Below are positions 29,390 to 38,459 of a stretch of DNA of 64,000 bases, piece by piece. How positions within the stretch are numbered: position 1 is the first letter of the stretch; every line of letters starts with the position of its first letter. The translations under genes and the position numbers were made by a program. Below the pieces are notes generated by a model that did not search any database, had not been told where the DNA came from, and was given only the letters and a program-made list of their open reading frames with translations. The DNA lies in the IMG/VR virus record IMGVR_UViG_3300026521_000003, positions 186,001 to 250,000 of that record; one strand, given 5' to 3'.

Positions 29390-30622
29390 TTGGATGAAAA
29401 TAATCAAAAATTAGATAATATGGATCATAGAAGTCTAGGTAATAAACTTAAACTATTTATGTTTAGTGATTCTACTCCTGGAATGCCATTTTGGCTTCCA
29501 AATGGTGCTCAACTTAGAAAAAGATTGGATGACGTAGTTTATAAAGCTCATAAATTAAGAGGATACAAACCAGTATTATCACCTGCTATGATGGAGGATA
29601 CAATGTGGAAAGTGTCCGGACATTATGAAAATTATAGAGAAAATATGTTTCCTTCGGAAGTAGAAAAAAGAGATTATTTACTTAAACCTATGAATTGTCC
29701 AGGACATGTTATTATGTATCAACATGATGTAGTATCATATAAAGATTTACCAATGAGATACTTTGAATTTGGTCAAGTGCATAGAAATGAGAATGCAGGT
29801 TCACTTCATGGTCTTTTTAGAGTAAGGGAATTTACACAAGATGATGCACATATTTTCTGTCGGGAAGATCAAGTTGAAAACGAAATTAGAAAAGTTATGA
29901 ATTTTATTGATGATTTCCTTAATACATTTGATTTTAAATATAAAATTGAATTTTCAACTAAACCAGAAAAAGCTGTAGGTGATACAGAAATTTGGGATAA
30001 AGCTGAAAATTCAATAAAAAATGCATTAGAGTCTATGGATTTAGATTATCGTATAAATGATGGAGACGGTGCATTTTACGGTCCTAAAATTGATATTAAA
30101 ATTCTTGATAATCATAAAAGAGAGTGGCAATTAGGTACTGTACAAATTGATTTTAATTTGCCTCAGCGTTTTAACTTGGAATATACTGGGTCTGATGGAC
30201 AGTTTCACCAACCAGTTATGATTCATAGAGCTATTATGGGTAGTTTCGAGAGATTTATAGGTATTCTTCTTGAACATAAAAAAGGGTTATTGCCTGTTTG
30301 GATGAGTCCAAATCAAGTAGCAATAGTACCTATTAGTGGTTCGGACGAAAAAATTATGAATTATGTATCTGAGATAAAAGAAATTTTAGAAACTAGATTA
30401 GGAGCAGATATTGTTATTTATGATGATAACAACACGCTTAATAGACGTATAAAAACAGCCGAACAAATGAAAAATCCTATTATTATGATTATTGGTGAAC
30501 AGGAAGTAGATAATAGAAGTGTTAATTTAAGACATAAGATTAAACAAAAGAGATATGAAGAATCACTACAAGATTTTATATATCATTTAGAAGATGAAAT
30601 GAAAATAACTATTGGAGATTAA
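29390..30622 (+). CDS. thrS: Threonyl-tRNA synthetase (catalytic and anticodon domains only; no N-terminal editing domain)
   Basis: DHRSLG, SGHY, LKPMNCP, HRNE..G.LHGLFRVREFTQDDAHIF, GAFYGPKID, WQLGTVQIDF and IHRAIMGSFERF. Start is TTG 29390 or ATG 29420. Confidence 0.96.
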   Translation: MDENNQKLDNMDHRSLGNKLKLFMFSDSTPGMPFWLPNGAQLRKRLDDVVYKAHKLRGYKPVLSPAMMEDTMWKVSGHYENYRENMFPSEVEKRDYLLKPMNCPGHVIMYQHDVVSYKDLPMRYFEFGQVHRNENAGSLHGLFRVREFTQDDAHIFCREDQVENEIRKVMNFIDDFLNTFDFKYKIEFSTKPEKAVGDTEIWDKAENSIKNALESMDLDYRINDGDGAFYGPKIDIKILDNHKREWQLGTVQIDFNLPQRFNLEYTGSDGQFHQPVMIHRAIMGSFERFIGILLEHKKGLLPVWMSPNQVAIVPISGSDEKIMNYVSEIKEILETRLGADIVIYDDNNTLNRRIKTAEQMKNPIIMIIGEQEVDNRSVNLRHKIKQKRYEESLQDFIYHLEDEMKITIGD

Positions 30623-30623
30623 T

Positions 30624-30917
30624 ATGAAAGATATAATTATAGGATTTGGTGCAATAATACTTTTAATAACTGGTTTTGTACTATTATTTGCTCTTATAGG
30701 AGCATTAGTTTACGGATTTGGATATATTTTAGGTTGGGCTATTAATTTAATTGTTGGTCCAAAAATATTATTTGGTATTACATTTCCTCAATTTTTTGGG
30801 GTAGTATTTTTAACAGGTGGTACTATTGCAGGTATAATTAGTAGTAACATTCAAGAAAAAAATAATAAAGCTATAGTAGAAATAACTAATAAATTAAAAG
30901 CGTATCGAGGTTATTAA
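30624..30917 (+). CDS. Membrane protein
   Basis: Two or three hydrophobic segments; GGAG SD before ATG 30624. Confidence 0.7.
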   Translation: MKDIIIGFGAIILLITGFVLLFALIGALVYGFGYILGWAINLIVGPKILFGITFPQFFGVVFLTGGTIAGIISSNIQEKNNKAIVEITNKLKAYRGY

Positions 30918-30937
30918 TCCTAAACCCTTATTTTTTA

Positions 30938-30945
30938 TATAAATA
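30938..30945 (+). promoter_or_regulatory. T4-type late promoter TATAAATA
   Basis: Exact match 22 nt upstream of 30967. Confidence 0.65.
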
Positions 30946-30966
30946 AAAGAAAAAAGGAATTTTTTA

Positions 30967-31518
30967 ATGGCTGATATTGTTTCGCAAAAGCTTGCAGAAG
31001 TATTAAATGTCGAAGATGAGATTAATGGTACTTCTAATGAATCTGAAGATAGTGTTAATCCATTGACGGAACAACCGGTTTATAGTTCATCGTTGGTTAC
31101 TCAAGCTGATATTGATGCATTTAATGATGTTGAAGCGGGAATAGGGTTGGAAAATTTTAGTAAAGTCGTCCTTATGAAATGTGCTCAAAAAGCTATGAAT
31201 GACCATGATGAATTAATAGATACAATGGCTAAAGTAGATGATTCAAAAGCTGCTAGACTTGCAGAAGTAGCAGTTTCTGCTCTCTCTAATGCATCGGATG
31301 CTGCAAAAGCATTAATGAATTTTACAATGTCTAAAGAAAAACTACAAATTGAAAAATCTAAATTAGAAATTAAATCTGTTACCATTAATAATTTAGGTGA
31401 TAATACTGGTGGAGCTATGTTAGGTGGTACCCAAAAAGAGGTTTTACAACAAATTAAAGATATGATGAATGATGATAGTGATGCTACCGATGATCCTCCA
31501 CCATTAGTAGAAGTTTAA
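30967..31518 (+). CDS. Probable terminase small subunit (gp16-like)
   Basis: Helical core AARLAEV...A..LM, then TINN and GGTQKEVLQ, resembling gp16 (PRxxEV ... GSxxEL); late promoter upstream. Confidence 0.5.
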   Translation: MADIVSQKLAEVLNVEDEINGTSNESEDSVNPLTEQPVYSSSLVTQADIDAFNDVEAGIGLENFSKVVLMKCAQKAMNDHDELIDTMAKVDDSKAARLAEVAVSALSNASDAAKALMNFTMSKEKLQIEKSKLEIKSVTINNLGDNTGGAMLGGTQKEVLQQIKDMMNDDSDATDDPPPLVEV

Positions 31519-31598
31519 AATTATGTTAAAATAATGTATAATTTTGTTTTAAGTGATATAAATATAATCGAAAAAAAAACTTAGAAGGAAATCTATAC

Positions 31599-31841
31599 AT
31601 GAATTATAAACAAATTCAACAAAAATTAAATGAAATCTCTAATAATTCTTTTCATATGCTTGGATTAGATGCATTAGAAGATATTTTAACAGATCTTGAA
31701 GAATTAAGTGAAACTGCGGATACATTAAATGAAACCGATGAAGGTGATGGAGAATACTCTGAAATTATGGAACAGATTGAAGATTTAATGTACACTATTG
31801 ATCAAGAAATAGATGCTCTAGAAGACCCAGATTTTTATTAA
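31599..31841 (+). CDS. Highly acidic small protein
   Basis: TATAAATA at 31557-31564; D/E-rich helical hairpin. Confidence 0.65.
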   Translation: MNYKQIQQKLNEISNNSFHMLGLDALEDILTDLEELSETADTLNETDEGDGEYSEIMEQIEDLMYTIDQEIDALEDPDFY

Positions 31842-31860
31842 AACCATATTTAACCGAACT

Positions 31861-31882
31861 TTAAGTAATATATTTGTATAAT
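31861..31882 (+). promoter_or_regulatory. TTAAG-N11-TATAAT early/middle promoter
   Basis: Same spacing recurs at 33953, 42071, 43459 and 59644. Confidence 0.55.
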
Positions 31883-31909
31883 AATAATAAACGTTTAAAG
31901 GTTTGTTAT

Positions 31910-32800
31910 ATGAAAATTACTTTTTTAGGTTCGGGTTCAGCATTTGTACCAATGTCTGAAAATTATCAATCAAATATTTTATTTGAAAAAACATTAACAG
32001 AAACTACATTTTCAACCCCTGAATCATCACCATTACCAATGGTCGGTGGTGTATATCCCATTGGCGAAGAAACCAAAACTTATAAACTTTTAATGGATGC
32101 AGGAACTCATATCCAAGAATCATTACTCTCTCAAAATATAGACGCAATAGATTTAGATGCAATTTTTATTTCTCATTTGCATGGAGATCATTGTCATGGT
32201 CTGGAATACATTGGATTCAAACGCTACTTTATTCCTGAATTTGGTACTAATAAACCTAAACTTCTTTTAAACAATGAAATATCAGATAAATTATGGAATG
32301 CTGTTTTAAAAGGTACAATGGGTAGTATAAATGGAAGTAGAACTGAACTAGATACTTATTTTAATGTAGTACGTATTAAACCTAGAGATGGTTTTCAATT
32401 TGCAAATATAGAATTTTCATTGATTCAGGTTCCACATGTAATCGATGATTACGAAGAAGTTCCAGCATTCGGTTTAAAATTTAAAGATGATGATATTAAA
32501 GTTTTTATTACTGGTGATACTCAATTTGATTTTTGGAGGATGATTGGACAATATGAAGACGCTGATATTATCTTTCATGATTGTGAAATGTTAGAATATC
32601 CAAATTCTGTACATGCGCAATTTCATCAGCTAAAAGAGCTACCTGCACAGTATAAACAAAAAATGTGGTTATATCATTATATGTTATATAATAAAACCTT
32701 TGAAGAATTAGAGAAAGAAGTATTGGATGCAGGTTTCGCAGGCTTAGTTAAGCGAGGTCAAGTTTTCGATACTAAATTAATAAAGGAAGAAGGAAAATGA
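31910..32800 (+). CDS. MBL-fold metallohydrolase, Apyc1 (anti-Pycsar)-like cyclic nucleotide phosphodiesterase
   Basis: MKITFLGSGSAF, LLMDAG, ISHLHGDH..GLE, KPKL, LW, GDT, IFHDC, VHA and LP...K.WLYHY. Confidence 0.75.
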   Translation: MKITFLGSGSAFVPMSENYQSNILFEKTLTETTFSTPESSPLPMVGGVYPIGEETKTYKLLMDAGTHIQESLLSQNIDAIDLDAIFISHLHGDHCHGLEYIGFKRYFIPEFGTNKPKLLLNNEISDKLWNAVLKGTMGSINGSRTELDTYFNVVRIKPRDGFQFANIEFSLIQVPHVIDDYEEVPAFGLKFKDDDIKVFITGDTQFDFWRMIGQYEDADIIFHDCEMLEYPNSVHAQFHQLKELPAQYKQKMWLYHYMLYNKTFEELEKEVLDAGFAGLVKRGQVFDTKLIKEEGK

Positions 32801-33057
32801 GTTTAAGTTATAATAAGTTAAAAGAAATAAATGCCGGCGATATATTATATGATTGCGAAGCTGGGATTAATATCGAATTTAAAGTTTTAGAAGTTCCTAT
32901 GGAAGAATACAACGAATCATTAAAAAGTAATCAGCTTTCATGGAAAGGTATAACTCCAGAAGGGGAAGAAATTAAGTTTTTAATAATTGAAAAATTTTCA
33001 CATTATGGACCGAGAATTTATACTTATAAAGCATACGCACATATAATAGGAGATTAA
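32797..33057 (+). CDS. Hypothetical protein
   Basis: ATGA overlap with the upstream gene. Confidence 0.65.
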   Translation: MSLSYNKLKEINAGDILYDCEAGINIEFKVLEVPMEEYNESLKSNQLSWKGITPEGEEIKFLIIEKFSHYGPRIYTYKAYAHIIGD

Positions 33058-33061
33058 TATT

Positions 33062-33370
33062 ATGGGTAAAAAAAATACTGAAATGGAAATTAAAGACTTT
33101 GAATACTATTTAGTAGTTATGGATAGCAGGCAAGATTATATAATTAGTTATGGGTATGAAGAATTTCCATTAATTTTGGATATAAAATATGCCTTTGAAC
33201 AAATACCTAAAGAACCAGATCTTATAGCTGCAATTCCTGATTGGCAAAAAGTTTTTGATTATGCATCAATCGAAATTATGCCACATAAAAAATTTATTAA
33301 GTACATGCTAAAACAGGAAGAAAAAGCGTTAAAACAAGATAAAAAGAAAAAAAAGAAGAAAGGTAAATAA
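33062..33370 (+). CDS. Hypothetical protein with poly-Lys tail
   Basis: AGGAG SD. Confidence 0.65.
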   Translation: MGKKNTEMEIKDFEYYLVVMDSRQDYIISYGYEEFPLILDIKYAFEQIPKEPDLIAAIPDWQKVFDYASIEIMPHKKFIKYMLKQEEKALKQDKKKKKKKGK

Positions 33371-33708
33371 TGTATTATCATCATATGCATTATAATTACT
33401 TTTCAAATGATAATAATAATTATGAAATAAAATTTTATATTTGGACGGATTACGATGATCGTATTAGGAAATATGCTATTATTGGTGAAATTGAAACAAA
33501 ATATATAGCCTATAATGAATTTACTAAGAGTAAGTTTGCAATCGATAAAAAAGATACATATCGTAATAAAGATGATTTAAAATATGAAAAATTTAAAAAA
33601 TATACACTAAAGAAGCCTTTAAAAAGTCGAATAAAATATCTTAAAACTACAAAACAGATAGAATTTCGAGATAAATTTATGAAAGAATTTCCGGAGAAAA
33701 TATTATGA
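33370..33708 (+). CDS. Hypothetical protein, C-terminal PE-tag family
   Basis: Ends KEFPEKIL*. Confidence 0.7.
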   Translation: MYYHHMHYNYFSNDNNNYEIKFYIWTDYDDRIRKYAIIGEIETKYIAYNEFTKSKFAIDKKDTYRNKDDLKYEKFKKYTLKKPLKSRIKYLKTTKQIEFRDKFMKEFPEKIL

Positions 33709-33956
33709 AAGAAATCAATGTTACGACTGAAACTATTACTAAAGAAGAAATTATAAGTTTAACATGTAATAAATGTGGTAAAACAGTAGAAGGCGATCAT
33801 GTTGCTTATGCATCGGATATTGAAACATGGACTCATGAATTTGGATATGGTAGTAGATTCGATACAGATAAATTAGAATTTGAACTATGTGATGACTGTG
33901 TTGAATCGTTTCTTAACTCATTTAAAATTCCAATAAAATTCATAAGCTCTTATTAA
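33705..33956 (+). CDS. Small Zn-finger-like protein
   Basis: CNKCG...FGYGS.FD...LCDDC. Confidence 0.65.
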   Translation: MKEINVTTETITKEEIISLTCNKCGKTVEGDHVAYASDIETWTHEFGYGSRFDTDKLEFELCDDCVESFLNSFKIPIKFISSY

Positions 33957-33992
33957 GGTGATATTTTATATAATTTAAAAAAGGATTATATA

Positions 33993-34553
33993 ATGACAAA
34001 CGCACAAAAGCATATATCAAAATTTATTAGTTTGATTCTTAGACATAACCCTAAAAAATTTAATTTTAATATTGAATATAATGGGGCTTGGGCAAATACT
34101 CAAGATTTAATCGATCTTATGAAAAACAACGGTAAAAATGTATCAATGCAAGATTTAGAAATTGTAGTTTTAGAAGATTCAAAAGGTCGTTATTCATTTA
34201 ATGATGATAAAACTAAAATTCGAGCAAATCAAGGACATTCTATTGATGTTGATCTAGGTTTTAAACCGTTAGAAAAGAATGAACTCCCAACATGGCTTTA
34301 CCATGGTACAAATAGTCGATTTGTGGATAGTATTTTAGAAATTGGATTAAAACCTATGAGTCGACAATATGTACACTTATCGGATAATATAGAAACTGCT
34401 TTACAGGTAGGAGATAGAAGGAAGAAAGATAATACTGAAACTCATATTTTTAAAATTTCAACTATTGAGGCCATAAATCAAGGGATAGAATTTTATAAAT
34501 CGGAAAATGGTGTATATCTAGCTAATTTTATTCCATCAAAGTTATTACGGTAA
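33993..34553 (+). CDS. kptA: RNA 2'-phosphotransferase (Tpt1/KptA)
   Basis: SKFISLILRHNP, KGRY, IRANQGHS, LYHGT, MSRQYVHLS and NGVYL. Confidence 0.93.
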   Translation: MTNAQKHISKFISLILRHNPKKFNFNIEYNGAWANTQDLIDLMKNNGKNVSMQDLEIVVLEDSKGRYSFNDDKTKIRANQGHSIDVDLGFKPLEKNELPTWLYHGTNSRFVDSILEIGLKPMSRQYVHLSDNIETALQVGDRRKKDNTETHIFKISTIEAINQGIEFYKSENGVYLANFIPSKLLR

Positions 34554-34559
34554 ACTAAT

Positions 34560-35057
34560 ATGAACACATTTAACTCGGATTATGAATTTACTGATGAAGA
34601 GATAAAATATTTTAAGCAAGTGAGTTTCCAACATTCAAAGCTCAAAAGAGAAAATAAAAGACAGGAAATGATTGACGGCTATGAAGAGCCAATAGATATG
34701 AATTTTAGGAAGCTTAAGCAGGGATTAAAAGTTTTTGTTACGAATCCAAGAGGGTTAATTATCCTAGGATTTATTCGTATGGCAAAATTAAGAGATTCGT
34801 ATATTGTTGAAAATGAGGACGGTATTCCTATAACACATGAAATGTTGAATCCGAGTGCAAAAATAACAAATAATAAACCTATTGTTTTTGATATTGCGAA
34901 ACCAAATCATAGGATGATATTTTTAAGTTTTAAGGAAGCAGAATTACATTTTTTACAACCCTTGTTTGATTGGCAAGAAAGATATAATGTACCTATTCCT
35001 GAAATCTTAAATAGTGCAAAGATATTAATTTCTAAGTATCCGGAAGAATTTATATAA
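34560..35057 (+). CDS. Hypothetical protein, C-terminal PE-tag family
   Basis: Ends SKYPEEFI*. Confidence 0.7.
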   Translation: MNTFNSDYEFTDEEIKYFKQVSFQHSKLKRENKRQEMIDGYEEPIDMNFRKLKQGLKVFVTNPRGLIILGFIRMAKLRDSYIVENEDGIPITHEMLNPSAKITNNKPIVFDIAKPNHRMIFLSFKEAELHFLQPLFDWQERYNVPIPEILNSAKILISKYPEEFI

Positions 35058-35067
35058 GGAGTTTATA

Positions 35068-35565
35068 ATGAAAAGAGCAATTTATGCAGGAAGTTTTGAT
35101 ATTATTCATAATGGTCATATATCAATAATAGAAAGAGCAATCAATTTATTCCCAACAAGAAAAATTACAATTATAGTTGCTAATAATCGTAATAAAAATC
35201 ATATGTTTAGTGCTGAAAAGAGAATGGCAATAGTAAAAGCTTCACTCGACCATTTATCTGATAAAGTTGAAATTATTATGTATGATGGTATTGTGAGTGA
35301 TTGGACTAATAAACACTCTGCTGATATTATGATTCGAGGATTGAGAGATGGTAATGACCTAACTTATGAATTTTCGTTAGAGCAATTTACAAGAGGTACA
35401 TCGAATATGGAAACTATTTATTTATCACCATATACTCAGCACCTAAATACCTCATCATCGTTGTTACGAATGTTTATTCAAACAAATAATTTGGATAAAG
35501 TTAAAAATTATATTTCAGAAGAAGGATTTAATACATTGTATAAAATTTTAAAGGATCGGGTATGA
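35068..35565 (+). CDS. coaD: Phosphopantetheine adenylyltransferase
   Basis: AIYAGSFDIIHNGH, K..MFS.E.R, IRGLR...D..YE and SSSL. Confidence 0.85.
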   Translation: MKRAIYAGSFDIIHNGHISIIERAINLFPTRKITIIVANNRNKNHMFSAEKRMAIVKASLDHLSDKVEIIMYDGIVSDWTNKHSADIMIRGLRDGNDLTYEFSLEQFTRGTSNMETIYLSPYTQHLNTSSSLLRMFIQTNNLDKVKNYISEEGFNTLYKILKDRV

Positions 35566-35840
35566 TATATCAATCATGCAACGTATCTCGAGGAGATAAG
35601 GATGAATATTATACATCAATAGATCTTAGTATTCAAGATAATAAATTGGAAACTTTGTATGCGCAAAAAGTTTTTGCATTAGATACAGAAATCACAATAG
35701 TACCCAAGTCAATTTTAAATGTGCTAAAACGTTACAATAAAGATTTAATTGAGCTAATTTCAACAAAGTATCCAGAAGATGAATTACGAGGTGATTTAAT
35801 TGAATTTTCTAAGTTGATGGATGTTATAAAAGATGACTAA
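35562..35840 (+). CDS. Hypothetical protein
   Basis: Overlapping ORF in the operon. Confidence 0.6.
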   Translation: MIYQSCNVSRGDKDEYYTSIDLSIQDNKLETLYAQKVFALDTEITIVPKSILNVLKRYNKDLIELISTKYPEDELRGDLIEFSKLMDVIKDD

Positions 35841-36219
35841 AAAATATATACTTGTAAAAGATTTAATACCAAATAATGAATATTTGTATCTTTTTAGTAC
35901 ATCTGGTTCTTATAGAATTATAAAAGTTAAGTATGTAATTGATAAAAAATTTGAAGTTATTATAGAAAATGAGGAAGAATCGTTATTTTATAATGAAATA
36001 CCACTTAATTTGGAATATAATGAATTTAGTATAGATTCTGAAGAAGATGGAATTGAAAATTTATATAATCTTGATGAAGAAGAAGACATCGAAATAATGT
36101 GGGTGTTAAATACTATTAAAGATTTTAAAATAGCAACAAATATAGAATTCTCAAAGTTTTTAACATTAGTTGAAAAATTAAAAAGGGATTATCCTGAATT
36201 AATAGTTAAAGGTATCTAA
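35833..36219 (+). CDS. Hypothetical protein, PE-tag family (3-aa extension)
   Basis: Ends RDYPELIVKGI*. Confidence 0.7.
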   Translation: MTKKYILVKDLIPNNEYLYLFSTSGSYRIIKVKYVIDKKFEVIIENEEESLFYNEIPLNLEYNEFSIDSEEDGIENLYNLDEEEDIEIMWVLNTIKDFKIATNIEFSKFLTLVEKLKRDYPELIVKGI

Positions 36220-36560
36220 TGAAAAAGATTTATTTTATACATGAAAATACTTCACCAATTAAGGTTGCCGGTGTATTTGTGCAGATCCCAACAGACTACG
36301 TGGTAACAGTAGGATTTATTAAAACAGAAGAAGAGATAGCACTTTCAATGGGTGATGAACCAAAAAATACAGTTTATATGTATAATGATAATATGGCTAG
36401 AGTTGAATTACATAATTTTTTACCGGGTATTGTTTTTGATAGCTATGAAGAAGGGTGTCGAGTTTTAGTTAAAATATTAAGTACTCGTATTAAATATGAT
36501 AAAGAAATTAATAAAACTTATCTTACATTATTGGATGAATTTCCAGAAGGAGTTTTATAA
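36219..36560 (+). CDS. Hypothetical protein, C-terminal PE-tag family
   Basis: Ends DEFPEGVL*. Confidence 0.7.
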   Translation: MKKIYFIHENTSPIKVAGVFVQIPTDYVVTVGFIKTEEEIALSMGDEPKNTVYMYNDNMARVELHNFLPGIVFDSYEEGCRVLVKILSTRIKYDKEINKTYLTLLDEFPEGVL

Positions 36561-36883
36561 TGTATAAAATAGGTGATAAAGTGTGGTTTTATACTTATGA
36601 TTCTGGATTACGAAAAGTCTCGATTATTAAGATAGAAGAAAATAATGTTATTTTAGAAAATGAAGATATTCTGCCTCCTGATTTACCTTTACGAGTTCCT
36701 AAAAAAGATATTTCTTTTTCTAAAGAACGTATAGAATTGTTAGCTTTCGCTGTTAATTATAAGAAAGGTTGGCTGAAGCGAGATATAGATAGAAGTATAG
36801 AAGATAATGATATTGAACAAATAAAATATCATAGGAAAATGATGGATTTATCTATTAAGGAGTTCCCAGAATTATGGGTTTGA
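36560..36883 (+). CDS. Hypothetical protein (SH3-like N-terminus), PE-tag family
   Basis: Starts YKIGDKVW; ends KEFPELWV*. Confidence 0.7.
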   Translation: MYKIGDKVWFYTYDSGLRKVSIIKIEENNVILENEDILPPDLPLRVPKKDISFSKERIELLAFAVNYKKGWLKRDIDRSIEDNDIEQIKYHRKMMDLSIKEFPELWV

Positions 36884-37152
36884 AATCAAGTAAAAGCTTA
36901 GAACCATGTAATTGTAAAATATGTGTAAGAACAAGAAAATTTAAAGCTGTTTTAAAACGTGTAACAAATGATGAAGATAAGAAATTTTTAGAAACACTTT
37001 TTGACAGTTTAAATGATCTTGAGGATGAAATGGATTATCTTGAAATATATTTAGAAAATTTAAGAACTTTATACCCAAAAGTATATAGGGAAATCCATAC
37101 AGTTGAAAAGTTAAAAAATGGTGATGAGAATTTTCCAGAATTAAACGTATAA
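36874..37152 (+). CDS. Hypothetical protein, C-terminal PE-tag family
   Basis: CxCxxC near the N-terminus; ends ENFPELNV*. Confidence 0.7.
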   Translation: MGLKSSKSLEPCNCKICVRTRKFKAVLKRVTNDEDKKFLETLFDSLNDLEDEMDYLEIYLENLRTLYPKVYREIHTVEKLKNGDENFPELNV

Positions 37153-37169
37153 AGTGGAGGTGTTTTAAA

Positions 37170-37514
37170 ATGGGTGTAGTATTAGATGGTGATAGTATAA
37201 ATGAACTTGAAGAAATGATGGATGAGTTAGATATTCCTCATTTTCCATTATTTTTATTTAATGAGCGAGATAGGACTGTCAAGGAACTTACAAAATCATA
37301 TATAGAAGATGAACTAGGTTTAGATGCATCAACTATATCATCTATATGGGAAAGCTTTGCAGAATACTTAGGACACCCAGAATTTATTATCTTTGAGGAT
37401 TCGTTATCGATGGTGAGGACATTTAAAGAACGTTTAGTAGAATTGGATCGTCTTAAACAGCAAGAAGATATTTTAAAAAGTGTATTAAAAATCTATCCAG
37501 AACATATTATTTAG
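37170..37514 (+). CDS. Hypothetical protein, PE-tag family (likely paralogue of 38104-38448)
   Basis: GGAGG SD; ends KIYPEHII*. Confidence 0.7.
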   Translation: MGVVLDGDSINELEEMMDELDIPHFPLFLFNERDRTVKELTKSYIEDELGLDASTISSIWESFAEYLGHPEFIIFEDSLSMVRTFKERLVELDRLKQQEDILKSVLKIYPEHII

Positions 37515-37522
37515 GAGTAGAT

Positions 37523-38101
37523 ATGAATGATAAAAGATTAAGAAAGCCAAATTTTCCAGATACAGACTTTGGAAAAATAATGCAAAAAGCTGATGAAATA
37601 AAATATACAAAAATTTATAATTATGAGTATTCGTATTTTAAAAAAACGCCTAATGGATTTCGAGAAGACGAATATTTGAATCATACTTATGGGGATGATA
37701 GAGATGGGTATGAGAAATGGAAATCATCGGATGATGCTATAAATTTAACAGTAGGATACTCTGGGGTTATCTCGGCTAGGGAAATCTTAAATAGTGATGA
37801 TAAATTAGTAGGGTATGTATTTGAACGTAAATTACCCGATGAACCTTGGTTAAATGATTTAAATCAAGAATTTGATAAAGCCTGGAATTTATTCTGTAAT
37901 CTTTTAGATGTTAAAGATAAAGAAACTGTTAAATATTATCTATTTAAAGATATTTATGCTTCAGTTCGAGATCGTGGTCAAGAGACAATCGAAAAATTAA
38001 ATACTATGAATAAAATTTTAGAAAAATTTGATGAATATGAACAATATAAAGATGAAGATGATAAGCAATTCATAGATTTTTTTAATAAATTAAAGGGGTA
38101 G
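37523..38101 (+). CDS. Hypothetical protein
   Basis: AGGAG SD. Confidence 0.7.
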   Translation: MNDKRLRKPNFPDTDFGKIMQKADEIKYTKIYNYEYSYFKKTPNGFREDEYLNHTYGDDRDGYEKWKSSDDAINLTVGYSGVISAREILNSDDKLVGYVFERKLPDEPWLNDLNQEFDKAWNLFCNLLDVKDKETVKYYLFKDIYASVRDRGQETIEKLNTMNKILEKFDEYEQYKDEDDKQFIDFFNKLKG

Positions 38102-38103
38102 AT

Positions 38104-38448
38104 ATGGCGGATATTTTATCACAAGATGAGATTGATAGATTGTTGGGATTAGATTATGAACTTAGTGATTTTCCAATTTATATTATTTCTAGCAAAGGTA
38201 TTATGGAAGTTACGTTTGATTCTTTAGGTGTAGAAAGTGATTCAATTGATGAATTTGATTTAAAAAATATTCTTTCTAAAAGATTCGATATTTCAAGAGA
38301 AAATATAGAAGTTTTTAGAAGTAAATTAAATGCAATTAATGCAATTCAAAGAGAATACGAAAATACAGAAAGACTTGCGAAAAAATATAATACGGCGTTA
38401 AAAAGTTTGGAAAAATATTTTGAAGAACACCCTGAATATAAAATTTAA
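38104..38448 (+). CDS. PE-tag protein with a FliM-like N-terminal CheY-binding peptide
   Basis: Starts MADILSQDEIDRLL; ends EEHPEYKI*. Confidence 0.75.
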   Translation: MADILSQDEIDRLLGLDYELSDFPIYIISSKGIMEVTFDSLGVESDSIDEFDLKNILSKRFDISRENIEVFRSKLNAINAIQREYENTERLAKKYNTALKSLEKYFEEHPEYKI

Positions 38449-38459
38449 AAAGGAATCAT

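Noticed and set aside
30967-31005. MADIVSQ start as a second FliM mimic
   Set aside because: It lacks the EID.LL core; the rest of the protein resembles a terminase small subunit.
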